Shown here: in pieces, positions 1 through 13,514 of the stretch
How positions within the stretch are numbered: the stretch's first letter is position 1
How the letters are laid out: every line of letters starts with the position of its first letter
Source of the DNA: Octopus vulgaris
Lineage: Eukaryota
Length of the DNA: 64,000 nucleotides
Assembly (NCBI GenBank): GCA_951406725.2
Contig: OX597827.1
Coordinates: 65,782,001-65,846,000, forward strand
Reading direction: 5' to 3'
Made by a program: the position numbers and the translations under genes
Notes under the pieces: generated by a model
What the model was told of the DNA's origin: nothing
What the model saw: only the letters and a program-made list of their open reading frames with translations
The model's database searches: none

Positions 1-49
1 TCAGATAAAATTCACATTTCTCTCTCTCTCTCTCAATTTATCTCTTTCC

Positions 50-122
<73 letters not shown>

Positions 123-125
<3 letters not shown>

Positions 126-485
126 CGCAGGAGTGGCTGTGTGGTAAGTAGCTTGCTAACCAACCACATGGTTCCGGGTTCAGTCCAACTGCAAGTGTCC
201 TCTGCTATAGCCCCGGGCCGACCAATGCCTTGTGAGTGGATTTGGTAGACGGAAACTGAAAGAAGCCTGTCGTATATATGTATATATATAAGTGTGTATG
301 TATATTTTTGTCCCCCTAGCATTGCTTGACAACCGATGCTGGTGTGTTTACGTCCCCGTCACTTAGTGGTTCGGCAAAAGAGACCAATAGAATAAGTACT
401 GGGCTTACAAAGAATAAGTCTAGGGGTCGATTTGCTCGACTAAAGGCGGTGCTCCAGCATGGCCGCAGACAAATGACTGAAAGAA
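123..485 (+). mobile_element. tRNA-derived SINE family A (CORE-type, octopus OR-like)
   Basis: Head AGGCGCAGGAGTGGCTGTGTGG (A box) and GGTTCAGTCC (B box), internal TA/TG tract, conserved 3' part GACTAAAGGCGGTGCTCCAGCATGGCCGCAG; more than 12 copies in the window. Confidence 0.85.
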
Positions 486-989
486 CATATATATATATTT
501 ATATGTATGTATGGATGTATGTATACACATACTCATGCATACATATGGATGCCTTACAAATATTCATGCGCATACACAAGGGTGGCCAGAAGTGGCTAAA
601 CCTATATCTAATAATAACGAAATGGGTAAAACTACTTATAGCCATCCCTGTATATGAATATGCATAAATGCATATGAGTGTGTGTGTGAACCTATGTACA
701 CGTATGTATGGTGAGAATTTACAAAACAAAAGACAAAAGACAAAGTCGGGTGTGTAAACAACAAACAGGTGTATTAGTTCAACGCTGGGGAAGTGAGAAA
801 GTCTTTTACGCTTTGAATCTACCCTCTTCGACAGAGTTGACAGAGTTCGTACCTATGTGTGTTCGTACCTATATATATATATATATATATAACGGGAAGC
901 TTTATGAAAATAAACAAAAGACGAAGGCATGTGGAATACAAACAAACAATTGTATTAGTATGGCGCTCAGGAATATAAATAAAACAAGT

Positions 990-1025
990 CTTCTACGTTT
1001 CGAGCCTACGCTCTTCAACAGAAAG
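990..1025 (-). ncRNA. Minimal type I hammerhead motif, family E (A6U core variant)
   Basis: Reverse complement reads CUUU-CUGUUGA-A-GAGC guag GCUC-GAAA-CG-UA-GAAG, in a ~200-bp dispersed repeat (890-1095) between TA tracts. Confidence 0.65.
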
Positions 1026-1179
1026 ATACACAAAAGAAACACGGAGAGAAACAAGGAGAAAAAACAAATGCGTGCAGAGGCTAGCGAATCAACATGTATA
1101 TATATATATATATATATATTTAACAGAATCAATGGTATCTTCGCAAATGATTGTTTTCGTAAATTCTTTGCACCGTATT

Positions 1180-1675
1180 AAAAACTGGTACTTAATTTAT
1201 CGACCTTGAAATGATTGAAAGCGGAATTTGAACACAGAACGTAGCGGCAGACGAAACACCTATTTCTTTACTACCCACAAGGGGCTAAACACAGAGGAGA
1301 CAAACAAGGACAGACAGACAGATTAAGTCGATTGTATCGACGCCAGTGCGTAACTGGTACTTAATTCATCGACCCCGAAAGGATGAAAGGCAAAGTCGAA
1401 CTCGGCGGAATTTGAACTCGGAACATAACATCAGACGAAATACCTATTTCTTTATTACCCACAAGGGGCTAAATACAGAGGAGACAAACAAGGACAGACA
1501 GACAGATTAAGTCGATTATATCGACGCCAGTGCGTAACTGGTACTTAATTCATCGACCCCGAAAGGATGAAAGGCAAAGTCGACCTTGGCGTAATTTGAA
1601 CTCTCAGCGTAGCGGCAGACGAAATACCGCTAAGCATTTCGCCCGATGTGCTAACGTTTCTGCCAGCTCGCCGCT
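1180..1675 (-). mobile_element. SINE family B (Meta-domain-like), head plus tandem 184-bp units
   Basis: Head GGCGAGCTGGCAGAAACGTTAGCAC; GCCTTTCATCCTTTCGGGGTCGAT domain; unit junctions at ~1260 and ~1444. Confidence 0.8.
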
Positions 1676-1841
1676 GTTTCAATTTCTTGCCAAGAGCCCT
1701 CTCGGACTCTCGGACGCAGAAACTAATTGATAGGAAATTAAAATAAACACACCAAGTTGTTCAATTACAGAGACAAGTTATCTAACCGGAAAAGAAAAAA
1801 AAGGAAAAAAAGAACGCAAAAATGAAAAAAGTGACGACAAT

Positions 1842-2250
1842 AGGCGCAGGAGTGGCTGTGTGGTAAGTAGCTTGCTAACCAATCACACGGTTCCGGGTTC
1901 AGTCCCACTGCGTGGCATCTTGGGCAAGTGTCTTCTGCTACAGCCCCGGGCCGACCACTGCCTTGTGAGTGGATTTGGTAGACGGAAACGGAAAGAAGCC
2001 TGTCGTATATATGTATATATATGTATATGTGTGTGTGTGTGTGTTTGTGTGTCTGTTTGTCCCCCAATATCGCTTGACAACCGATGCTGGTGTGTTTACG
2101 TCCCCGTCACTTAGCGGATCGGCAAAAGAGACCGATAGAATAAGTACTGGGCTTACAAGGAATAAGTCCCGGGGTCGATTTGCTCGACTAAAGGCGGTGC
2201 TCCAGCATGGCCGCAGTCAAATGACTGAAACAAGTAAAAGAGTAAAAGAG
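1842..2250 (+). mobile_element. SINE family A, full length
   Basis: Same head, CORE-like GCGTGGCATCTTGGGCAAGTG, GTAAAAGA-repeat tail. Confidence 0.9.
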
Positions 2251-2349
2251 AGAATTAGAAATTCGAAAACAATTTCAATGAAAAATAAATAAATAAATAA
2301 ATAAATAAGTAAATAAAAGGGGAAATAAAAGAAAAGACAATTCAGTACT

Positions 2350-2825
2350 CCAATGTCCGTCTCCATACGTGTGACGTATCAGTTAAGACAACTTTTGCAC
2401 TTCTTGCAAGGACGGTAAGCCAAGGAACATTATCAAATATTTTTCAATTTCTTTTTCGATCATGTCAAGTGCTCTTACAAAGTACCACAGCTTCTCGATT
2501 TCAATCAGCTAATCTTTATATTCTTTGAGCTTGTCAAATCCTGTTACCGAGATATTATGATCACAAGGAATATTTATGTCGATCAATAAACTGATTTTAT
2601 TGTTTTTGTCTTTCACAACAAAGTCCGGTTTATTTGCTTTGATGCTTCTGTCTGTATGTATTGCAAAGTGCCAAAGAATCGTAACATTTTCTCCCTCAGT
2701 TACTGTCGCAGGGAAGAGTTTATTCAACTTGTCAACAGTTTTTCTTCTGTAGATGTGATATATTAACCAGTGTTCTGCCTTGATTTACACTCGGCTGGTC
2801 CTAAAATATTATCACCAACACTGCC
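2350..2825 (-). mobile_element. Decayed non-LTR retrotransposon C-terminus with restriction-like endonuclease (R4/Dong-type)
   Basis: Translation VTILWHFAIHTDRSIKANKPDFVVKDKNNKISLLIDINIP matches the ILWD..I.TD..I.AN.PD..(D/E) RLE motif; downstream ALDMIEK..LPSLQEVQK; stops and frameshifts. Confidence 0.8.
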
Positions 2826-2839
2826 ATGATAGCCATAAA

Positions 2840-3440
<601 letters not shown>

Positions 3441-3608
3441 TTGCCTTTACACAGCTTCTAACGCTGGAGATGTACTATGGTGTCAGCTGTTCACTATCAG
3501 TGAACTAAAGTAACACCTCTTATTTTTCGAGCACCTTCCGGAGTATTCGAGCGGTTCCAAGCAGTGCTGTTTTCTCCAAGCGCTCCACACCTATTTCAGC
3601 CGCTATTA

Positions 3609-3640
<32 letters not shown>

Positions 3641-3948
3641 TATTATTATTATCATTATTATTATTATTACTTTTATTATGAGGACACATGCCCTAGTGGT
3701 TAGGGTTCGCACTCCCGATCTAGTGATCGTAAGTTCGATTTCTAAACCGGGTAGTGCTGTGTGATCTTGAGTAAAACATTCTATCTGACGTTGCTCCGCG
3801 ATGGTGCCCAGTGCACCTGTCTTGATAACGTGAATGTGAAGTAGAGAGAAAGATTTGTGCCGGTCCATTTGTGCAAAAACTGAAATTCTCATACGTCATC
3901 TTAGAATGGGAGAATCGGTCTTACAACCGCTATCAATATGATCATCAT

Positions 3949-4570
3949 AGGCGCAGGAGTGGCTGTGTGGTAAGTAGCTTGCTAACCAACCACATGGTTC
4001 CGGGTTCAGTCCCACCGCGTGGTATCTTGGGCAAGTGTCTTCTGCTATAGCCCCGGCCGACCACTGCCTTGTGAGTGGATTTGGTAGACGGAAACTGAAA
4101 GAAGCCTGTCGTATATATGTACATATATAAATATATGTGTGTGTGTGTGTGTGTATGTATGTTTGTCCCCCAACATCGCTTGTCAACCGATGCTGGTGTG
4201 TTTAAATCCCCTTCATTTAGCGGTTCGGCAAAAGAGACCGATAAAATAAGTACTAGGCTTACAAAGAACCATGTGGTTGGTTAGCAAGCTACTTACCACA
4301 CAGCCACTCCTGCGCCTATGATGATCATATTGATAGCGGTTGTAAGACCGATTCTCCCATTCTAAGATGACGTATGAGAATTTCAGTTTTTGCACAAATG
4401 GACCGGCACAAATCTTTCTCTCTACTTCACATTCACGTTATCAAGAGACCGATAAAATAAGTACTAGGCTTACAAAGAATAAGTCCCGGGGTCGATTTGC
4501 TCGACTAAAGGCGGTGCTCCCGAATGGGCGCAGTCAAATGACTGAAACAAGTGAAAGAGTAAAAGAGTAA
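3949..4570 (+). mobile_element. SINE family A containing an inverted templated insertion (4266-4446)
   Basis: Full head and tail; 4266-4446 is the reverse complement of 3820-4000. Confidence 0.9.
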
Positions 4571-4699
4571 TTATATTTGCTAGTATTTGTCTGTAGCCCT
4601 CGATGCTTTGGAGATTTGTGTCCAATAGAAGTGATCATTATCATTACATTTATTTTTAGCAGGAATAGCTATTGGAAGTACATGTAACAGAGGTACTGA

Positions 4700-5063
4700 C
4701 TGGAGCACCGCCTTTAGTCGAGCAAATCGGCCCCAAGACTTATTCTTTGTAAGCCCAGTACTTATTCTATCGGTCTCTTTTGCCGAACCGGTAAGTGACG
4801 GGAACGTAAACACACCAGCATCGGTTGTCAAGCAATGCTAGGGGGACAAACACAGACACACAAACACACACATATATACATATATACATATATACATATA
4901 TACGACAGGCTTCTTTCAGTTTCCGTCTACCAAATCCACTCACAAGGCACTGGTCGGCCCGGGGCTATAGCATAAGACACTTGCCCAAGATGCCACGCAG
5001 TGGGACTGAACCCGGAACCATGTGGTTGGTTAGCAAGCTACTTACCACACAGCCACTCCTGCG
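4700..5063 (-). mobile_element. SINE family A
   Basis: Reverse complement matches other family A copies; 3' tail truncated. Confidence 0.9.
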
Positions 5064-5796
5064 GCACTTATGTTATCTACCGTAAAATTGTTAAAATAAT
5101 TTGAACGGATAATATATATTGAGTTTGCACAATATATTAAATATTCTACTCCGGGAATTGCTGAACATGAATTTGTAATTTTAACAATATTACTACACAT
5201 AAAATGTAATAGAAAATTAAAGATATAAGAAAGGAAATAAAATATTTCTGAACTTATTCTACAAACTTTCGTTTTATATTAGCACTCTGTTAATTGAAGC
5301 ACCTAAATTGACATAAGAGTAATTAATTACGAATATATATATATTCGTAACTTAATTGCCTAAAGAGATGATCAAAGACAACTTTATTCAATTATTTACT
5401 TTTTGTTCATTGATTATATACGCTTAAATACAAACACACACTCACACACACACATGTCCGTGTGTCTGTGTGTGTAAATTAATATGTATGTATATATATA
5501 TAGGTATGTATACATATGTATGTATATATATATATATGTTTATATACATATATATATATATATGTATACATACGTACATACATGTATATATATATATATA
5601 CATGTGTATGTATATATATATATACACACATATATATATGTATATATACATGTATATATATATATATGTATATATATATGTATATATACATGTATATATA
5701 TATACACATATATATATATGTATATATATGTGTATGTATATATATATACATATATATATACATATACATATATGTATATATGTATATATACGTATA

Positions 5797-6330
5797 TATT
5801 GGGACATCCCATAAATAAGCACATTTTTCTATATTTCTCTTTTTTCCAAAATTAAGATAAACTAAGTACTTTTAATCTAAAATGTACTCTCTTTAATTTT
5901 CTATCATGTCCTTCCCTCTATCTGATAGTCTTCCAAGACCTTTTTCTTAATTTCAGTTGTTACGATAAATACTCTTCCATTTAATTTTCTATCATGTCCT
6001 TCCCTCTCTCTGATAGTCTTCCAAGACCTTTTTCTTAATTTCAGTTGTTACGATAAATACTCTTCCAGTGCGATTCTGACCTGGTCTATAGAATTCATAG
6101 TTTTCCTTTCAAATCATTTTGAAGACTGTAGAATAAATGATTATCATATGGGGCAATTTCCGGCGAATATTATGGGTGGGGCATCGGTTCTCACTCAAAC
6201 TGATCAAAGGTTTGGAATGTTATCCAAGCATTATACTGATAGAAGTACACCTTTCATCTTGAAACCAAAAATGGTCGTTTTTCTTTTAGCGTGGCATCTT
6301 GGACGACTCGGAACCGTATGCTTAGGAAGT
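5797..6330 (-). mobile_element. Decayed mariner transposase C-terminus and TIR
   Basis: TLKEKRPFLVSR*KVYFYQYNA and PHP*YSPEIAPYDNHLFYSLQN (YSPDLAPSD motif); TIR-like TATTGGGACATCCCATAAATA at a TA; 88-bp tandem duplication 5892-5979/5980-6067. Confidence 0.85.
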
Positions 6331-6643
6331 AATCTTCCAAGCACACACCCACTCCGGCGCCTAGTTCTTCATGTACTCTTCTTGGCAGTGTTGTTTGAGT
6401 TTTGCGGTATACATTCGATAGAAGATACGGCATGATTTTCAAAAGAGCCATGAACGTATCAGAGTGAGTTTAGTGTACGTTCCATCCATCCCGTCACACT
6501 GAGTTCTGAGTGCACACACACACACACACATGTATATATATAGTTGGAATTTATTATAAAAATAACAAAACGAAAGACAAAAAACATGTGTGTAAACAAC
6601 AGACAGGTGTATTAGTTTAACGCTCGGGAAGGTGAGAAAGTCA

Positions 6644-6676
6644 TTTAGCTTTCGAGCCTACGCTCTTCAACAGAAA
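6644..6676 (-). ncRNA. Minimal hammerhead motif, family E
   Basis: UUU-CUGUUGA-A-GAGC guag GCUC-GAAA-GC-UA-AA; helix III palindrome AGCU. Confidence 0.55.
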
Positions 6677-6758
6677 GGAACACGAGAAAAAAAGTGAGAG
6701 AGAATAAAAAAGTTGAGAGGGGTAGGAGTTGATCATGGCGATGGCCGGACGGAGGTGG

Positions 6759-6811
<53 letters not shown>

Positions 6812-7065
6812 TTATATATAATATTAATTAAGGGTAGAAATTGATATTTATCAATTAAGACCAGTGGTCTAGCATATTAAAAAGAATCCGAAGATTAAAA
6901 TATTTATATATACCAATTAAGGACTGAACACGAAAAGTGGACAGTCAACATGCTAGATATAGACGTCAAATCGTCATTCTCCACAAAAGATTATGTTCTC
7001 AGATCAAACTCAACACAAAACCATAGCAATAAACAAGTGAAAAATATACGAAATAAAATAATTAC

Positions 7066-7130
7066 CCATGTACTAACTTAGTTTCAGCTGTTATTTTCCG
7101 CAAGGAAAACTGCAGCCATCATCAGCATGG
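7066..7130 (-). ncRNA. Type I hammerhead ribozyme
   Basis: Inverted copy of 7460-7524. Confidence 0.85.
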
Positions 7131-7459
7131 TCCGTTATAAATGTAATTTGCAGGACTAAATGCAAATATTTATATATATAAATATTTTAATCTTCGGATT
7201 CTTTTTTAATATGCTAGACCACTGGTCTTAATTGATAAATATCAATTTCTACCCTTAATTAATTTTATATAAATAAATGTTCTCTAACCGATAAATTAAC
7301 TGCTGCTAATTATTAGCTGCAGGCTAGTTTTCTCGGGTCTCAACGCGCCAAAGTAAAGGCATTTGAAAGATATATTCAAATGTAATAGGCTGAACTCCAT
7401 GCACGCGATATTTCGGTATCGTGTTTGCATTTAGTCCAGCAAATTACATTTATAACGGA

Positions 7460-7524
7460 CCATGCTGATGATGGCTGCAGTTTTCCTTGCGGAAAATAAC
7501 AGCTGAAACTAAGTTAGTACATGG
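7460..7524 (+). ncRNA. Type I hammerhead ribozyme
   Basis: CCAUG-CUGAUGA-U-GGCUG..UUUUCC uugc GGAAAA..CAGCU-GAAA-CUAA g UUAG-UA-CAUGG; all three helices form; GUA cleavage triplet. Confidence 0.85.
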
Positions 7525-7679
7525 GTAATTATTTTATTTCGTATATTTTTCACTTGTTTATTGCTATGGTTTTGTGTTGAGTTTGATCTGAGAACATAAT
7601 CTTTTGTGGAGAATGACGATTTGACGTCTATATCTAGCATGTTGACTGTCCACTTTTCGTGTTCAGTCCTTAATTGGTA

Positions 7680-7752
<73 letters not shown>

Positions 7753-7834
7753 TAATATATATATATGCGTGTGTGTGCATAAATATATATATATATATTT
7801 ATATACAGATAAAATATATATATATATGTGTGTG

Positions 7835-7894
<60 letters not shown>

Positions 7895-8536
7895 CATACA
7901 TACGTAAATATATATATATTTATATAAAAGGGACACACACAATGTTGAAGTCACATGTATTAGTATATAGAAATTTAACTATTTACAGAAAAGGTCCGTA
8001 AATATCTGTCACACAGATCTTCAGCCGAATATTTTTAGTGTTTGTTTCGCTCTTTATACATGCTTATATATAGTTACATATGTATAGATATGTATCTATG
8101 TGTGTGTGTATGTAGGTAGGTAAGTTGATAAGTAGGTAGGTATATGAAGGCTTTCTCATGTAGCCACTCTTTACACCGCGGGATTTGTCCTCGATAACAA
8201 ATCCAGAATGCATGTCCTAATGATTTCAGCAAAATTATGTGTTTCCTATATGTTGCATCTCTAGATCTCGCCTGTTGAAAGATAACTTATTATTAAGAAC
8301 TACTTGAAGCCGAATATTGCTTCTCAGAGTTCAGAAATTCATGAGGTCAAATAATGATGCAGTGAGAAGTCTACTCTAAATACGCCAAATATTTTTCGTG
8401 TTGTGCTACAAGTTAGGATTTCATTATATATGAGGAGACGCTCAAAAGGCCCTCGCCTTATGTAAAAGAAAATACAAGAGAATCTGTAAATTATAATTTT
8501 ATTCAACATAATGTCCCCTCAAATTCACATACTTAT

Positions 8537-8634
8537 TACGTGGCACTTTGGGCAGGAGACTCGGGCCAATCAAAACCTTGTCAGTGGATTTAGTAGGCTG
8601 AAACTGAAAGAGGCCCGTCGTGTATATATAAATA

Positions 8635-8698
<64 letters not shown>

Positions 8699-8905
8699 TG
8701 TATGTATGTATGTATGTTTCTCCACACACCGTCCCTTGACAACCGATATTGGTGTGTTTACGTCCCCATAACTAAGCAGTTCAGCAAAAGCGATCGGTAG
8801 GATAAGTACTAGGCTTACAAAAAGTAAGTCCTAGGATCGATTCGTTCGACAAACAGCAGTGCTCCAGCATGGCTGCTGTCAAATGATTGAAACAAGAAAA
8901 ATAAT
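8537..8905 (+). mobile_element. SINE family A, 5'-truncated and diverged
   Basis: Body and tail similarity to family A. Confidence 0.75.
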
Positions 8906-9399
8906 AAAAGTATATATAACTCTATACGCGTGTGTTTGAGATGGAAAGCGCGTATGTGTGTGTATGTGAGTAACTGAGATTGTGTGTTTGCCTATGTGCA
9001 TGCGTTTGGGTTTAAGATTAAGTGCATCTGTACTCAGCCCACGTTCAGTTTTCAATATCTTTAATTGCACGTAGCGGTTATATTAGTCTGATGTATCTTG
9101 AGCGTCGTACCGTGCAAGAAAATTGGAATAGCGTCAGAAAATTTCGCTAAAAATTATTAAACAGTTCAATTAACTAATGACTGTGAATTAGTTGAGGCTT
9201 CCTTCGATGATAAACAATACATACTGAGCTAAATTATTATACGGATTGTTGCCATAGTAACGAAACTAAAGCACACAGAGTGAAGGAGCTTGGTACAAAG
9301 TCACCCTGAATTGAATTCTGCTATGTATGCACCCTAAGTGTTAAATTCTAGCACATTCTCCGCTGTTTATAGCAGTGCTTGAAAGGAAGGTGTGTAGCG

Positions 9400-9760
9400 C
9401 CTGATCGTCGCATTGACCATGACTGCATTGAACTGAACCTTAACTAATCTGCACATCCCTGTAATAACTCGCAGATGATTATTCGACGATTTTTCCTCAC
9501 GGCTACATGCACATCTGTGATGTTTTGTTCAGTTCTAAAGGTTGCGGGTCTCCCATAACGTACGTTGGACAATATCGACATCTTTTGGCCCCATTGGGAA
9601 CGCCCGAACCACTCGTACAACTATGTGCGTCTCCTACACACCTCTCCATACACTTTCTGAAACTTTGCGTAGCCTTGGAGCAGGTGTCGCCACGAAAACT
9701 TTCTCTGTCATGCTCAATGCGACAATCTCACACTACACACCTTCCTACCAAGTACTGCTG
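9400..9760 (-). mobile_element. Decayed mariner transposase N-terminal HTH
   Basis: KFQKVYGEVCRRRT*LYEWFGR..RYGRPATFRTEQNI..VRKNRRIIICEL resembles mariner VYG..VYEWF.RF..RSGRP..RRITIREL. Confidence 0.75.
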
Positions 9761-10317
9761 TAAACAGCGGAAGTGAGCTGGGACGTTAAAACTAAATGCG
9801 CATGCAAAGCAGAATCCTAGGCCAATTTGCGCCATGTAGCTTCACTCTGCCTGCTTTAGCTTCGTTACTATGGCAACAGCCCGGATATTTATTGATCAGA
9901 CCTCACAATTTGAATTTAAACATTATGCAAATAATAAGTACACTATTTCGAAAAGGATATTTCTCACGGAACAAAAAATTTACGCATTTTAGTAATTTAC
10001 TTAAGACCTTTGTATAGTACATTGCAGATTATGCTGGACAGACAATTGTTATGATACCAAGGCGTCAAGCAACATGTAAATGTGACAGAGAATGATTTTG
10101 TCTTTTGACCTTAATGAAAATATTTGGTGAGAGACGTCTCCGATCAGCAATATGGTGCTGGCTTCTATTTATTTGTGTGGAGACCTCTGCAATCGATATC
10201 AAATATACACAACAGAAAGAACAAATTGAAAGTATAAACCATTGACTGTTATATTTCTTCTAACTTCCGTTTATTTCACCTTAAAAAATTGATAGAAATA
10301 GAATAAAGGAATACATT

Positions 10318-10698
10318 GGCGCAGGAGTAACTGAGTGGTAAGAAGCTTGCTTACCAACATCATGGTTCTGGGGTTAGGCCCACTGCGTGGCACCTTGGGA
10401 AAATATCTTCTACTATAGCCTCGGACCAACTAAACCCTTGAAGTTCATTTGATAGAGAAGGAAGCGCATCGTATATATATACATGTGTGTGTGTGTGTGT
10501 TTGCTTGCATGTGTTTGTACCACCACCATTGATCGAAAACGATGTTGGTGTGTTTACGTCACCGTAACTTAGTGGTTCAGCAAAAAAGACCGACAGAGTA
10601 AGTACTAGGCTTACAAAGAATAAGTCCTGGGGTCGATCAGTTCGACTAAAGGCCGTGTTCCAGCATGGCTGCAGTCAAATGACGGAGACAAATAAAAG

Positions 10699-10700
<2 letters not shown>
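10318..10700 (+). mobile_element. SINE family A, diverged
   Basis: Head, CORE-like part and tail recognisable. Confidence 0.8.
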
Positions 10701-10739
<39 letters not shown>

Positions 10740-10882
10740 CATAAATGAAGGCAAACGAAAAAAATTCTAATGCCAACTATGCCGAAAAATTGGACATATT
10801 GTCCATTAACCATATAATTATTTCACAATACGCACGCTACTCGAAAAAAGGTCAACAGAAATTTCTAAAAAAATTACATTAT

Positions 10883-10940
10883 TACCATATCGGACCGATT
10901 TCAGAGTTAGCTACTAAGAGCCCTCTCTTCGTCAGTGATA
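10883..10940 (-). ncRNA. Type I hammerhead ribozyme
   Basis: UAUCA-CUGACGA-AGAG..CUCU-GAAA-UCGG u CCGA-UA-UGGUA; AUA triplet. Confidence 0.8.
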
Positions 10941-11185
10941 CATGTGGCAAAAGAAATAAATGAGATACTTACTCATACCCATGGAAGAAGCAAATACTAA
11001 GTCATGGGCACAACTAAGTACCCCAAATACATCCAAAATAGAAATACTCCAGCCCATTCGAGGCACGTGTATGTTGCGGTGACTAAAACACACCGACAGC
11101 AGTTATCAGGCAATGGTGGGGAAGTAACACACGCACACAATGACGCGCGTTCACATACAGAAAGACACGCAGAAATATTTATACA

Positions 11186-11233
<48 letters not shown>

Positions 11234-11244
11234 CATATATATAT

Positions 11245-11494
11245 ATGCTTCTATGTATGAGTGTCTGTACGTGTGTTTCTATGCCTGTATACATAAGTGT
11301 GTTTGTGGAGAGGAAAAGCAGGTAAGAATCAGTGTACATTTGGTTCACGTGATCTTCTTGTATACCAAGTGATCATAAGTTAAGGTTGCCCGTGTATAAT
11401 AAAGACGTGAAAAGATATGTTTAACTGATATTAATATTGCAGTTACTAGTCACAAACATTATACATACATACATACATACATACGTACATACGT

Positions 11495-11525
<31 letters not shown>

Positions 11526-11549
11526 TATACATACATACATACATACATG

Positions 11550-11590
<41 letters not shown>

Positions 11591-11805
11591 TTCTATGTAT
11601 GATTGTAAGTGTATTTCTATGCCTGTATACATAAGTGTGTTTGTGGAGAGGAAAATCAGGTAAGAATCAGTGTACATTTGATTCACGTGATCTTGTATAC
11701 CAAGTGATCATAAGTTAAGGTTGTCCGTGTATAATAAAGACGTGAAAAGATATGTTTAACTGATATTAATATTGCAGTTACTAGTCACAAACATTATACA
11801 TACAT
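11245..11805 (+). repeat. Direct duplication of ~220 bp of unique sequence (period ~343) bounded by TACA/TA microsatellites
   Basis: 11245-11470 recurs at ~11588-11805. Confidence 0.9.
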
Positions 11806-11898
11806 ATATACATGCATATATATATATAAAAGTAAATATGTGAAGTATCATTACTGCTAAAAACAGTATTTTTATATATATATGTATATGATTGTTAA

Positions 11899-12230
11899 GG
11901 CGCATGGCTCGGTGATTAGAGCATCGAGCTTACGATCGTGAGGTTGTGAGTTCGAATTCCAGACCGGGCTGCGTGTTGTTCTTATGCAAGACTTTTATTT
12001 CCCCGTTGCTCCAGTTCACTCAGCTGTAGACATGAGTTGCGACGTCCCAGGTGCCAAGCTGTATCAACCCCTTTTTCCTTTCCCTTGTATAACACTGGTG
12101 GCGTGGAGAGGGAAGCCCGGTATGTATGGGTGACTGCTGGTCTTCCATAAACAACTTTATCCGGACTTGTGCCTGGCATGGTAACTTCCTAGGTTCAATC
12201 CCAAGATCAGTCACGACCGAAAGGGCATCT
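11899..12230 (+). mobile_element. tRNA-derived SINE (separate family)
   Basis: TGGCTCGGTGATTAG A box and GAGTTCGAATTCC B box, then a CORE-like segment. Confidence 0.7.
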
Positions 12231-12444
12231 CAGCAGTCTCACACAATGGTGGCTTGGGCAAATACCTTCCTGTATTGTACCTGGTGCACCAAACCGGTCT
12301 AAATGAATTTTTGAGAGGAAAACTGATAGAATCCCGGTATATATATATATATATATATATGCGTGTATGCGAGTGTTCGTATTGTGTGAGTGTGCGAAAT
12401 TGTGTGTGTGTATGTATATGTGTGTGCGCCTTTCTATTTTTTGG

Positions 12445-12657
12445 TTGCCTCCACCGCTTTCTCCGTCCGGGTTGCGCATCCGTGGAATAAGCTGCCGGAC
12501 GAGATGGTGAAGATGCCGACGACCACTCGGTTCAAAGTCTCCTTTGACCAGAAGTGGCCTGAACTCTTTACATGAACGCCACCCTGTACATAACTCCCAT
12601 GTCCCCCTACATGGCCTTGCTTTTTTGCTTTTTGAGCCAAAAAATTAACTAACTAAC
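12445..12657 (+). mobile_element. CR1-group LINE 3' end inserted in an old SINE A
   Basis: AFSVRVAHPWNKLPDEMV..RFKVSFD motif; (TAAC)n tail. Confidence 0.8.
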
Positions 12658-13374
12658 CTCTTGATGACTGGTATTGGTTTCTTTATGATTTGGTAACTTA
12701 GTGGCCTTCAAAAGGAGAAAAAAGAATGACTACCTGACTGAAAACAAAATAATACTGGGGCTGATTTATTAGACTAAACACTACAACGTGGTGCCTAGCA
12801 AGGCTGCTGTCTAACTACCTAAAGAGTACCTCACTGGCTTCTTTCAATTTCCGCCTACCAAATCCACTTTCATGCCGTTTCACGGCGAGAGGCTATGAAA
12901 CTCACCCCTTCCATATATTGCCCTGTGCGGATGAACCCGGAACCATAAGGTCGGAAGCCAAATTTATTACTTCACAACTACGTCTCTGCATAATTTTATA
13001 AATTTTCGACAATTTCCAGGATATGCTCGCAAAAAAGAAGTAGAAGTGGGTAATAATATCGTGATTTATGAGTTCATGACATATTCACGTTCATTTCTTC
13101 TCATTCAGCAATAGCTACCATTTTGCTTTATCACGAGCGCAGAAGTTTGTTTCTTTGATACTTTCGTTTTTGCGGAAATGCACTTGCACTAAACATTTTT
13201 TGCATAGACTTAATACTTTTGCAATTCAGTTCAATTCCCTTGATATATATATATATATATATATACATATATACATTTATATATTTATATATATATATAC
13301 ATATATACATTTATATGTATATATGTATATATATATTTCAAACATGCATCACTAGATATATATGTAGGAAAATA

Positions 13375-13406
<32 letters not shown>

Positions 13407-13471
13407 CGTGTATATATAAATATATATATAGTTCAAACATGCATCACTGCAGATATATATGTAGGAAAATA

Positions 13472-13514
<43 letters not shown>

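Larger units (their letters stand above)
6824..7682. mobile_element. Penelope-like pseudo-LTR/retrozyme cassette, inv(B-A)-A-C-B
   Basis: 6824-6912 is inverted at ~7172-7263; 6910-7166 is inverted at ~7424-7682; flanked by TA tracts; carries two HHRs. Confidence 0.75.

Noticed and set aside
326-667. Recurrent peptides such as TTDAGVFTSP and RLLSVSVYQIHSQG
   Set aside because: Chance translations of SINE family A, not a gene family
5442-5855. YI/IY-rich ORFs here and throughout the window
   Set aside because: TA/TG/CA microsatellites
7990-8032. Hammerhead candidate on the minus strand (CUGAAGA + UCUG/CAGA stem)
   Set aside because: No GAAA or closing helix I follows
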